In this document: positions 51,700 through 61,312 of the stretch, in pieces
Position numbering within the stretch: the first letter of the stretch is position 1
Layout: the number at the start of each line of letters is the position of its first letter
NCBI GenBank assembly: GCA_038867615.1
Contig: JAWBYA010000006.1
Location: 1 to 64,000 of the forward strand
Direction of reading: 5' to 3'
DNA: 64,000 nt
Origin: Sulfolobales archaeon
GTDB lineage: Archaea; Thermoproteota; Thermoprotei_A; Sulfolobales; AG1
Program-made: the position numbers and the translations under genes
The notes under the pieces: generated by a model
Databases searched by the model: none
What the model was told of the DNA's origin: nothing
The model's input: only the letters and a program-made list of their open reading frames with translations

Positions 51700-54309
51700 T
51701 TAACTTTTTTCTTCTTTTTCTACTTCTATCTGTGATTGGTTAATAGCTTCTTCTATTTTCTCTTTATATTCTTCTGGTTTCAGTCCTCCTCCCCTGGCTA
51801 AGATATCAACTTTTACAGTTACTTCTTCAAATTTTGTTTTAAGAAAGTTAGTCATCTTCACTACATCCGAGAGTTTCCCGGAGGGGACTTTCAGTACTAG
51901 GTGTACAAAGCTGTATTCCTTAGTTTTTCTTATTCTTAGATCCTTTTCCTTTAACTCTAGCTCTTTTTCTAAAGCATCTTTTTGCTTGTCAATTAACTTA
52001 TTCCATGGTATTCTCTTCTTTATCTCCTCAAGCTCTTCTACGCTTGTTGCTTTTCTTATTTCATCGACGAAAACCTGTAGATCTGTTTCAGCGACACATA
52101 ATTCTGGCCGTATTAAGATGCTATCATCCGTAATCTCTGGGGTGAAATCGCTTTTGAAATGCTTGCAGACGGGCTTTTCGCCTTCTAGAACTCCGTATCC
52201 GAATCTACCTTCAGCCACACCTTTCTTCACACTTTCTTTGAAGATATCGTCTGAGATTATCCTCAACTCTCCTGGAGTATTGTAGAATGAGTTGAGCAGG
52301 CTTTTCACGTTAATATAATCCCTCCCTTTGAGATATTTCTCTCCCAGAAAGCTTGGATCAATCTTAGTTGCTATCTTCTCCCCAGCTAATCTCTCGAAAA
52401 CTTCGTTATCTAAAGCTGTTTGTGCGCCTATAACGGGTATCCCCATGTCTATCTCTTCTAAGCCTTCTCTTGAGGGAAGATATAGCGTTCTATACAGTTC
52501 TCTTACTTTCTTCACAACATCCCTCCTTAAGGAAGCTATTTTTTCACTTACCTCCTTTTTCTGGGATTCTGTTAAAGCAAGCAGCTCGTCTTTTTGTATA
52601 GCTTCCCATGCGATCTTTCTCCTTAAGAAGTCGTCAAAGCCCATTCTCTCAGAACTTCTTGGGCACAAGAAGATCAAGGTATTTCTATGAACCCTCGGAT
52701 TTTCTCCATAATTCTCGATAATGCTTTTACAGAATTCCTTATCATCGTTCTGAAGAATTACTAATTTAAGCTTCTTCGTATCTGGAACATCCTTTGTATT
52801 CTTTGGCCAAAGGTAAACCTCAAAATATCTTTTTGAAAAGAGGTTGGAGAGTATTTTCTCCTCTTCCTCTCTTACCTCCTCATCCGTTATATTCTCCATT
52901 TTTGTGATTACAATGCGGTTGAGGTTCGGTTGATCGCTGAAGAAAAGCTTCCCATCGGACTGTAAATAGAAGAGTCTCTCTTTTAATTTCGATATAACTT
53001 CGATAATTACACTGCTCGGCACCCCTATTTCAGAGCATGTGAGCTTCACGTCAGCTATCGTTGCTCCTCTCTCCACACCTCCTGAGAACGAGTAAAGGAA
53101 GATGGTGGTTGCCACTCTTGTCCCAAAGCGATAAGCTAAGTAGGCCTTTCCAAGATCTGCGTCAACCCTCCTCGCCCCAGCATCACTGCCAGTAATATCA
53201 GAAGCTAAAACACTATCGTATTGCGAGCCGATATGTTTTATCAACTCCCTCCTTATCTCGTCATTTGCTAGATCGAAATCCCCTAGCCTGATAAAAGGCA
53301 CTTTAGACTCCTTAAGAGAATGAACAACTAGAGAGAGAAGTCTTAGAACACCCCTAGTCCTCTGAAAGGTGGGGAAAGAACCCCACCTAGTATAGAGAAC
53401 CTCGATCACCTCTGGCTGGAAGGGATAGCTTTTCAAGAACCTCTTTTTATACTCCGACCTCTCTAGACCCCTTGGCAGTAGTCCCTCCCTTTCCGCATAA
53501 TCTAAAAACTCATCGATTACCTTCTCAGCCTCCTTCTCATCAACACTGCTGAAAAGCCTAGCCCTTATTACTGAAGCCACCTCCTCATCTTTTACTGGTG
53601 CGTAAACCTTCTCCATTCTACCTGCAACTTTCTGTAGTTGTTGGAAAAGCATCTCAGCACTCTCATCATAACGCTCTAGCAGACTCGATGGCAAGGTTAA
53701 AACCAAAAGGCATTTATCAAGGGAACTAACAGCCCTAGTTAATTCATGCATGAAAACAAGAACCTGGGCTGCCAAATTAGACTCGCCAACCCTTATTCCA
53801 GCAGCCTTCGTAGTATATGTTAAGATCTCATCCATCAAGATTAAAACCGGCTGATGCTTTTCAAGCAGATCTCTCAGCTTCTCAGTCCCCGGCGGTACTT
53901 GCCCTTCAAACTTCTCCACCCTACCCGTTAGTTGTCTTTCGATCTCACCCCATATGGTTTGCTCCTTAGGATCTAAAGCTGTACCGTCTAAAACAACAAC
54001 ATTAACCCCCCAAGACCTAGCCTTATGGTACAACGCGATTAATGAATGGGTTTTCCCACCACCAAAAGGTGTTTGCAGCTGGATTACAGGATCGCCACCC
54101 AAACCCTTAAGCCTCTTTTCAGCAACGCTTAGTAAATTCCTTATTCCCTCAGTAAGATAGGTCTTCCTGAAGAAGGTATCCGGATCCCGGTAATCTTCAG
54201 GCCCCCTTCCTTTAAAAACCTCCCAGAGATCGGCTGCGAAAACATCTTCAGTAAGCCTCCCCTCAATGATATCTATATGCGGAATGGCTATAGAAGTAAA
54301 TGGTTTCAT
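51700..54309 (-). CDS. DUF499 family AAA+ ATPase (defence)
   Basis: FAADL..Y.DP..FF.KTY, TPFGGGKTHSL, MDE, YPF.P, FQRTRGVLRLL. Confidence 0.88.
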   Translation of the reverse strand: MKPFTSIAIPHIDIIEGRLTEDVFAADLWEVFKGRGPEDYRDPDTFFRKTYLTEGIRNLLSVAEKRLKGLGGDPVIQLQTPFGGGKTHSLIALYHKARSWGVNVVVLDGTALDPKEQTIWGEIERQLTGRVEKFEGQVPPGTEKLRDLLEKHQPVLILMDEILTYTTKAAGIRVGESNLAAQVLVFMHELTRAVSSLDKCLLVLTLPSSLLERYDESAEMLFQQLQKVAGRMEKVYAPVKDEEVASVIRARLFSSVDEKEAEKVIDEFLDYAEREGLLPRGLERSEYKKRFLKSYPFQPEVIEVLYTRWGSFPTFQRTRGVLRLLSLVVHSLKESKVPFIRLGDFDLANDEIRRELIKHIGSQYDSVLASDITGSDAGARRVDADLGKAYLAYRFGTRVATTIFLYSFSGGVERGATIADVKLTCSEIGVPSSVIIEVISKLKERLFYLQSDGKLFFSDQPNLNRIVITKMENITDEEVREEEEKILSNLFSKRYFEVYLWPKNTKDVPDTKKLKLVILQNDDKEFCKSIIENYGENPRVHRNTLIFLCPRSSERMGFDDFLRRKIAWEAIQKDELLALTESQKKEVSEKIASLRRDVVKKVRELYRTLYLPSREGLEEIDMGIPVIGAQTALDNEVFERLAGEKIATKIDPSFLGEKYLKGRDYINVKSLLNSFYNTPGELRIISDDIFKESVKKGVAEGRFGYGVLEGEKPVCKHFKSDFTPEITDDSILIRPELCVAETDLQVFVDEIRKATSVEELEEIKKRIPWNKLIDKQKDALEKELELKEKDLRIRKTKEYSFVHLVLKVPSGKLSDVVKMTNFLKTKFEEVTVKVDILARGGGLKPEEYKEKIEEAINQSQIEVEKEEKS

Positions 54310-54314
54310 ATGGG

Positions 54315-57032
54315 CTACCTCATATAATCAAGTAACTTTCTTTGTTTATAAATATGTTGCTCGGAACCGATCTCAGATATGATCTTCTCTTTCCCAGATA
54401 AAAATCCATCCAAGAGCTTCTTCTCCTTGCTTTCAGGAGGCAATGTCTCAGAGATTGCCTGAGCAACCCTATAGAATACATCCCTCATACCCCATCCAGT
54501 TTCAACAAGCACATTCTTTAATTCCTCACTCTTCCCCTCTCTCCATAATATGAGGACACGGTGCAACACATCTATGAGTTCATTGGTCTTTATTTCATCA
54601 AGCCTTCTATCCTGAGGACCTAAAACTCTTATGAACTCTTTCTCCTTCCTGATAAAACCTCTATTCCATTCAGAAGCTAGATCAACCCCGACTCCTTGAG
54701 CAAGCTTTCTCGCATCATCGAAATGAACGACCTGCTCCCCATAAGTCCATCTCCAGAGAATATAAAACTTCGTTAAAGGTGAAAGCTCCCCAGCAATTCC
54801 ATTATGAAGCACTTGCCTAACAACATAATCTGTAACTATAGACCTCACAAACTCCAATAATTTATCTGCTTTCACAACATTACCTTCAAGATCCTTAACC
54901 TCTTTATACCTTCCAAAAACCTCTATAGCAGATCCTATCGCAGCAATGAAATAATCCGCACCAGAAATCCCCTCTTTCCACAGCCTTTCAAGCTTCTCAT
55001 AAAGCCTCTTCCTGATCTCCTCCTTTACCTCATTATACCACCCAACATCCTCCTTCGGAGCCTTGTGAGCCACAAAGTAAATAGAGGAAGCTAAAGCTGC
55101 AGACTCCCTAGCCCTTAATCTAGCTTGCATCTCAGTATGTATAGGCCATGAAGCCGTAATAACAAGACCAGATTCTAACAAAGAATTTATCAAAGCCTCC
55201 CAACCAGAAGTAGATTTATGAGTATAAACTATTGTTGCCACACCATTCGGCTTCAACACCCTATAAATTTCCTTGAAAGCCTTCTTTAAACCTTCTTCAA
55301 AATACCGCTTAGCCTCCTCCCATGTCCTGTTAATTGTATAAGCAACGATCTCCTCTGATTTAGGAGTTAAAGGTGTGGCGAACAAATCCGGATATAAATC
55401 TCCAATACTTCTTTTAAGCCAAACATAGAAGAAATCAGACAAGTAGGAATAAGGAACATTATCGTAATATGGAGGATCTGTAAAGACTGCATCAAAGTAG
55501 TTATCTGGATAGGGAAGAGAGGTAGCAGAAAATTGGGATACTGCAGCTGGAAAATTATTTATTCTAGAAACATTATCAATTACTCTTAAAATCTGTCTAT
55601 GCATGCTTTCAAAAGTACCACTTAACACGGGTGAAAATAAATTCAACTCTCCATAATCCCACATCATTGGCAAAGCTTGTCTAGCAAAGGTATTTGGTAT
55701 AAACTCCCATTGAGGATGCCACTTGCAAATAGTACTTTCGAAATCTGCCATCCTGCTAACGATCAATCCTAAATAACTTACTACTGCCTTTGCATATTCT
55801 TTATCGTATCCTTCCTCGATCATCTTTTGGTAAGCTATTCTCACTTTTTCTGTGAATGTTATTAGAGCGAGTTTCTGACGAGAGTTGAAAAGATCGCCGT
55901 AGGTATTTAGACCAAAATTTCTAACAGAGAACGCTCTTTCAGCCCCTTTTCCTTTGCCCTCTGGTGTAGGTTCATCAGGTATAGGATCTATTCCCCATTC
56001 TTCCATCAACTTGGCCCTCTTTTCTTCAAGGTATTCCTCTGCCTCTCTATATGCTTCTAAATCTTTTTCTGTTGCAATTCTATAGAATTTTCCCTTAGTT
56101 TTTGGGTTATAGAGAACTACTGCTATCATTCTTTGTCCTGCTTTTCCTTGTTGGAATAGTCTTCTCACGGTTTTGTCGTCGATCATAGTGCCACATACCA
56201 AGCATCGTGCTTTTGCCCCTTTTACGGTTCCTTTTGATGGATCGAAATCTTCAGGGAAAGGTTTCTCTTGTCCGACTATTTCGAACTCTATCCTTCCGTC
56301 TTTGATGTATGGTTTTAAAGCTATTTTTCTATTGCTCTTTTTTGCGAGCCAGAATTGTCTCATTAGGGGAATTTGTGCTCCGCAATTTGGATTTTGACAT
56401 GGAATAGCTCTCGCCCAGATATAGCCGACGGGTATTGATCCGTCTTCATCTTTGGGATAAAATCTTTCAAGTTCCTTCTTTGCTTCATTGAGAACCCATT
56501 CTCCCCATTTTTTAACATCTTCGAGTAGAGGGTTCTTTCTTGTTTTAAGCCAGCCTTCTTTCGCTTTTTCTAGGTTTCCGTATTTCTGTGGATACTCCAG
56601 TGTGCACTTTAAAATCAGGACAGCAACAGGGTTATACTCGCCCGCATAGGTTTCTAGGCCAAGCCTTAAACACTCAAGCGGTATAGAGCCTCCGCCTGCG
56701 AATGGATCTAGAACCTTAAGGGTTTTCCCACCGTTTGCTTCTAAAATATCTTTTCTCGCCTTATCAATAATTACAGAGTTTAAAGAGTTCTCCCACTTCG
56801 AGAGCTCTATTATGAACCGCTTCTTTCTCTCATACTCTGAATCATCTTTTGGAGCCGGAATTAGAGCTGCATAGCTAGTTGCTCTAGAAGCTGCTAGGGG
56901 TCTTCTAGCCCACCAAATGTGGAGGGTAGAGATATGTCCATGCCTGATATTTTTCTCTCTAACAGATTCCCTGCTTACCTCCTTTATCGGAAAACCAACA
57001 TCGATAAATCTTTTTTGAACCATAATACTCAC
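54315..57032 (-). CDS. DUF1156 family adenine DNA methyltransferase
   Basis: HIWWARRPLAASRA, DPFAGGGSIP, TDPPYYD. Confidence 0.9.
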   Translation of the reverse strand: MSIMVQKRFIDVGFPIKEVSRESVREKNIRHGHISTLHIWWARRPLAASRATSYAALIPAPKDDSEYERKKRFIIELSKWENSLNSVIIDKARKDILEANGGKTLKVLDPFAGGGSIPLECLRLGLETYAGEYNPVAVLILKCTLEYPQKYGNLEKAKEGWLKTRKNPLLEDVKKWGEWVLNEAKKELERFYPKDEDGSIPVGYIWARAIPCQNPNCGAQIPLMRQFWLAKKSNRKIALKPYIKDGRIEFEIVGQEKPFPEDFDPSKGTVKGAKARCLVCGTMIDDKTVRRLFQQGKAGQRMIAVVLYNPKTKGKFYRIATEKDLEAYREAEEYLEEKRAKLMEEWGIDPIPDEPTPEGKGKGAERAFSVRNFGLNTYGDLFNSRQKLALITFTEKVRIAYQKMIEEGYDKEYAKAVVSYLGLIVSRMADFESTICKWHPQWEFIPNTFARQALPMMWDYGELNLFSPVLSGTFESMHRQILRVIDNVSRINNFPAAVSQFSATSLPYPDNYFDAVFTDPPYYDNVPYSYLSDFFYVWLKRSIGDLYPDLFATPLTPKSEEIVAYTINRTWEEAKRYFEEGLKKAFKEIYRVLKPNGVATIVYTHKSTSGWEALINSLLESGLVITASWPIHTEMQARLRARESAALASSIYFVAHKAPKEDVGWYNEVKEEIRKRLYEKLERLWKEGISGADYFIAAIGSAIEVFGRYKEVKDLEGNVVKADKLLEFVRSIVTDYVVRQVLHNGIAGELSPLTKFYILWRWTYGEQVVHFDDARKLAQGVGVDLASEWNRGFIRKEKEFIRVLGPQDRRLDEIKTNELIDVLHRVLILWREGKSEELKNVLVETGWGMRDVFYRVAQAISETLPPESKEKKLLDGFLSGKEKIISEIGSEQHIYKQRKLLDYMR

Positions 57033-57631
57033 CTCGGTATCTTTAAAATCACCTTGAGAACATTCCTCCTCCGCCTGACTTCTTCTTTATAAAGAAGGGG
57101 ATTTAGCTTTTTCCTGCAATACCCTGGTAGAGAGTTTAAGGTGATATCAGCTTCATATTGATAGGACGTTGAAAAGGGAGAGAAGAACTCGAACTTCCTA
57201 TTTTCGTAAAACTTAGTTGCAAGATATACGAGTGGAAGATCGAAGCCCTCGATCAGCTCGCTAATCGTTCTAACATAACCCTCTATGATTCTATTTTCAA
57301 GCTCCGCAGCGAAAATATGCCATAAAACCAAGCTATCAAATCCAAATAAGCCGAAAGATAAAGCCTGTTCAAGGCCCCTATATGGATTTCCTTTAACATT
57401 CTTGAAATACTCCACCTCCGCTCCGACAAGCAAAACCTCTCCGGAATCAAGGAATACAAAAATCAAATCAACCTCTTGACGGGGAGGTAGTTCGCCTTCC
57501 CACCAGCTTGACCATATATCTTTAAACCGCTTTGTTGCTAAATTCACTTTCGCAAAAACCTTCTTTAATGTTAGAGGCTTCTTTTCCTCAAAGAGGTTCT
57601 TTAACAGATCTAGAAGTTGTTTTTCATCCAT
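57029..57631 (-). CDS. hypothetical protein with a PD-(D/E)xK-like fold
   Basis: EVDLIFV....GAEVEYF...GLEQAL; overlaps the methylase start. Confidence 0.6.
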   Translation of the reverse strand: MDEKQLLDLLKNLFEEKKPLTLKKVFAKVNLATKRFKDIWSSWWEGELPPRQEVDLIFVFLDSGEVLLVGAEVEYFKNVKGNPYRGLEQALSFGLFGFDSLVLWHIFAAELENRIIEGYVRTISELIEGFDLPLVYLATKFYENRKFEFFSPFSTSYQYEADITLNSLPGYCRKKLNPLLYKEEVRRRRNVLKVILKIPR

Positions 57632-57642
57632 CTCTTTTAGAT

Positions 57643-60600
57643 CTATGCTCTCACCCCCTTATTGATTAGCTCATCTAATGGGATTAAGAATCTTACAACC
57701 TCTATTCTCTCTTCATACTTCAAATTCTCAGCAGGGTTGTTTATGATTATCAGTTCGGGTTTTTTAGCTGCATTAAGAACAACGTATAACCAATACTGCT
57801 CTTTGAATCTTCTAGCCTTGAACCACTCATTCTGAGTCAAAGCTACAGGGCCTATACCAGCTCTTGCCTTCACTTCGATATACCTTATCTCATTTTTCCC
57901 TCTAGATCTTATGTCAAAACCTAGATTCTCTTTTGAAACATCTTCGGGCTCTCTACCTTGTCTCCTCTCGTATTCCATAGCTATCTGCATACCGATCCTC
58001 TCAACCTCTTCGTCCGAAACCATCTCAGGGGCTTTAATCACGGGTTTAACATAGATCGCACCTACGAATCTAGGCATCGAGATCGTTAAAGAAGTCTCCT
58101 TATCGATCTCTAGTTTTAAGTTTCTCAAGGCCTCCTCATACCGTTTCTTCCTCTCCTCCTTATTCCTTATTGCTATCTCTACCTTTTCTCCTCTGGCTTG
58201 CCTCTCATAGAGTTCTGCGAGATCAGCGTCCAGCTCGCTTATAAGATATTGTAGAGATCTAACACCATACCTTTTCTTAACCTCAGCCTGTCTCGATCGC
58301 TCTAAAAGAATTTCTCCTTTGTATCTTTCTGCTATCCTAATCACATTCTTTTCTACTTCCTCCTTCGACCTAACGGGTTTCTCAACATTTATACCACCCT
58401 TCTCCTTAGACGGAACTAGATCCCATATTATTGCAGGGTTAACCTCTTGTAAGTTTTCACCATTATCATAGACTGTAATGAGCTTTTTACCCGCCACCTC
58501 CCCTTTTCCATCCCTAACTTCTACCTCGAAGAACCAGAGAATCCCATTATATCTCCCAGAAGGATCCTCAAAAACCGCTCCTCTCCTGAGTTTATGAGAG
58601 AAATTCTTCTCTATCCACTCAAGCAGGGCTTCGAGGAGCGGGTGGCCAAAAGAAATGAACTCCGCATCAGGGTTTTTGAAGGCTAATTCTTTATCGAACG
58701 TTACCTTCGGGTACTCCTTCAACACTATTCCATATTTGTTCTTAAAGTTAACATCGTCTGCCAACTTTCTTATTTCATAAGGTACAGACTCTATCGCGAG
58801 GAAACCATCTTTACGCACTCTGAACTTTCCACCAGCAAGCTCCATTGCTTTTTTAAAGAATTCTTCCACATATTCAGGTATCAACCTATATTCTTTCGCT
58901 TTTTCAGCCATTTCCCTAATCCTTGTATAATCAATATGCCTTGTCGCTAAGCTTTCGCCAAGAGCTTCTTTGATTTTTCGAATGTAATTTTCATCGATTT
59001 TAACATCCAGCTCTTTAATTATCTCGTCAATGCTCCGCGTATTCGCAACAGCCTCTAGGATTAACTGGTACAGGTTTTTGCCATAGAATATATCTCCAAT
59101 CACGTCAAAGACTTTATCGCTTCCCAGAGCCCTTCTTATTTCATCGAGCTTGTCAAGGAGCTTTATCAGGACTTTCCCTTCCCTAGTGTTCTCAGCTACA
59201 AGGTTAAAGACATAAACATCTTTCTGCTGCCCATACCTATGGATCCTTCCCATCCTTTGCTCAAGCCTATTAGGATTCCATGGTATATCGTAATTGATCA
59301 TTAAATGACAGAACTGCAGGTTGATACCTTCGCCGCCCGCTTCTGTAGACACCATAATCTGCGTCTTATCTCTAAAAATCTTCTCTGCACGTATTCTCTC
59401 TTCAAGGCTCATCCCGCCATGCATATAATTAACCAAGTAACCCCAGCTTTGTAATTTCTTCACCAAATACTCCATGGTATCCTTGGATTCAGTGAAAATC
59501 AGGATCTTCTCATTCCCACCGATCTCCCTTATCTTCTTAAAGCCCTCTTCGATAGCCTTTTTTAGCTCCTGAAGCTTAACCTCACATTCCTCTCTAATAA
59601 TCTCCTCAGCTTTTTTGATCAAGTTATCGATGGTCTCAATTTCCCTTCTTAACTCCTGCTTGTTCGCAGCAATACTTACCGTCTCCCACCTTTTTTCATG
59701 CTCCCATCTCTCCTTCTCTTCGTAATCCTCAACCTCCTCTAAATCAACTTCTATCTCCTCTTTGGGAAGCTCGGATTTCTCTAATAGCTCTTCCAAACGC
59801 TGCTTTCTCCTTTTAAGGGATTTCAGCAACGCATAGGTGCTCGAAGCCATTCTGCGTTGTAGTATTAGTAATGCAAAAGCTATATTCCTTCTCCTTTTCT
59901 CCTGTATCCTTTCTAACGCAAGGTTATACTGTGTGATCACGTATTTCGATAATTCGTTATAGAGCTCTGTCTCCTTATCCGAGAGGATGAACTTTATAGT
60001 TTTAGGATAGCGATTCGTAAAAATCGGCCTGCCTTCAAAATCCCGTAAGTCCTCTTTCATTCTCCTAATGAATAAAGGGTTGTCTTTGTTCTTCAAAGAT
60101 TCATATATCAAATCGGTTGTTGCGAAAAACCCAGGACTTAGAAGGTCTAGGAAAAGCCTGAAGTTCTCAGGATCTCCCTTATGTGGGGTAGCCGTAAGAA
60201 AGAGAAGATTAGATGCATTCCTCGATAATACCTCACCAAGCTTATATCTTTCAGTCTTTGAGATTTTATCACCATATTTATATGCCGCCATCTTATGGGC
60301 TTCATCTACTATCACTAAGTCCCAATCAACATTCTGAAGAGAAAGCAATATATCATCCTGTTTCGCAAAATCCATCGATGTGATAACCTGGTTCTCCCTC
60401 TCCCACGGGTTTTCCCCATAATGTGCATAGAAAGAACTTCTGTCAATTATCGTAAAATGTTCGTGAAACTTTTCCTTCAGCTCTCTCAACCACTGATCCT
60501 TGAGATGACCGGGAACAACTATCAAAGTGCGATTAACAACACCTCTAAGTTTAAGCTCCTTATGAACAAGCCCTGCCATGATTGTCTTACCAGCTCCCGG

Positions 60601-60981
60601 ATCGTCTGCTAAAAGGAACCTAACCTTCGGCAATTTAAGAATATACCCATAAACCGCCTCTATCTGAAATGGGAGAGGATCTATTTTTGATACATTCATT
60701 GCTAAAAGAGGGTCGAACAATGATGCAAACCTATACCTTTCAGCCTCAATCGCTAAAAAAGCCTCTTCTGAAGGGGTTGAGAAATCTAATGAAACATCTT
60801 CCACCTCCAGCTTTTCATAATCGCTCTTCGATATCAATTGATCTACGAATCTTCGAGAATGAAGAGTAACCCCAATAACACGGACATATTCATCTATCTC
60901 CTCGATCTTCTTGACTTCTATTGGTTCAGGCCAGAGAGGTCCCTTAACAATCGACCCCTCCTTAATTATTTGATGCATCAT
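57643..60981 (-). CDS. SNF2-family helicase with a C-terminal DUF3883-type nuclease domain
   Basis: LLADDPGAGKT, DEAH, TATPH, QRMGRIHRYGQ, GFDIRS..YIEVK..NEW. Confidence 0.9.
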   Translation of the reverse strand: MMHQIIKEGSIVKGPLWPEPIEVKKIEEIDEYVRVIGVTLHSRRFVDQLISKSDYEKLEVEDVSLDFSTPSEEAFLAIEAERYRFASLFDPLLAMNVSKIDPLPFQIEAVYGYILKLPKVRFLLADDPGAGKTIMAGLVHKELKLRGVVNRTLIVVPGHLKDQWLRELKEKFHEHFTIIDRSSFYAHYGENPWERENQVITSMDFAKQDDILLSLQNVDWDLVIVDEAHKMAAYKYGDKISKTERYKLGEVLSRNASNLLFLTATPHKGDPENFRLFLDLLSPGFFATTDLIYESLKNKDNPLFIRRMKEDLRDFEGRPIFTNRYPKTIKFILSDKETELYNELSKYVITQYNLALERIQEKRRRNIAFALLILQRRMASSTYALLKSLKRRKQRLEELLEKSELPKEEIEVDLEEVEDYEEKERWEHEKRWETVSIAANKQELRREIETIDNLIKKAEEIIREECEVKLQELKKAIEEGFKKIREIGGNEKILIFTESKDTMEYLVKKLQSWGYLVNYMHGGMSLEERIRAEKIFRDKTQIMVSTEAGGEGINLQFCHLMINYDIPWNPNRLEQRMGRIHRYGQQKDVYVFNLVAENTREGKVLIKLLDKLDEIRRALGSDKVFDVIGDIFYGKNLYQLILEAVANTRSIDEIIKELDVKIDENYIRKIKEALGESLATRHIDYTRIREMAEKAKEYRLIPEYVEEFFKKAMELAGGKFRVRKDGFLAIESVPYEIRKLADDVNFKNKYGIVLKEYPKVTFDKELAFKNPDAEFISFGHPLLEALLEWIEKNFSHKLRRGAVFEDPSGRYNGILWFFEVEVRDGKGEVAGKKLITVYDNGENLQEVNPAIIWDLVPSKEKGGINVEKPVRSKEEVEKNVIRIAERYKGEILLERSRQAEVKKRYGVRSLQYLISELDADLAELYERQARGEKVEIAIRNKEERKKRYEEALRNLKLEIDKETSLTISMPRFVGAIYVKPVIKAPEMVSDEEVERIGMQIAMEYERRQGREPEDVSKENLGFDIRSRGKNEIRYIEVKARAGIGPVALTQNEWFKARRFKEQYWLYVVLNAAKKPELIIINNPAENLKYEERIEVVRFLIPLDELINKGVRA

Positions 60982-61060
60982 TTTCCTCACTCTATAATAA
61001 CATGAGGATAATATATCATTAATTATTATCAATAAATTAACAACAAAAATCTTTACCAAA

Positions 61061-61104
61061 GCAGACTTGCAGAGATTCGAGCCCTAGACCGCCGACTTAG
61101 AAGG
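61061..61104 (-). repeat. degenerate copy of the tRNA-Arg 3' half (att site)
   Basis: 33/44 identities, ungapped, to 63939-63982, ending at the anticodon loop. Confidence 0.75.
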
Positions 61105-61312
61105 AGTATTTTAAGCCTCAGTCTATATGAGACTATAAACCAGTTGGATTAGGATGTTGTATAGCAGGGGAAAGCGTTATGTGAAGGCATATTTCGCAAT
61201 AAACATGGATGCTTAGGGGTTATAGGTTATTAAAGGTATATATAGCTAGAAGGTTAGATCGGCTATAACCAGTGATAGCTCTAATTAGGGGTTCTGCGGA
61301 GCTGTTTCTTAC

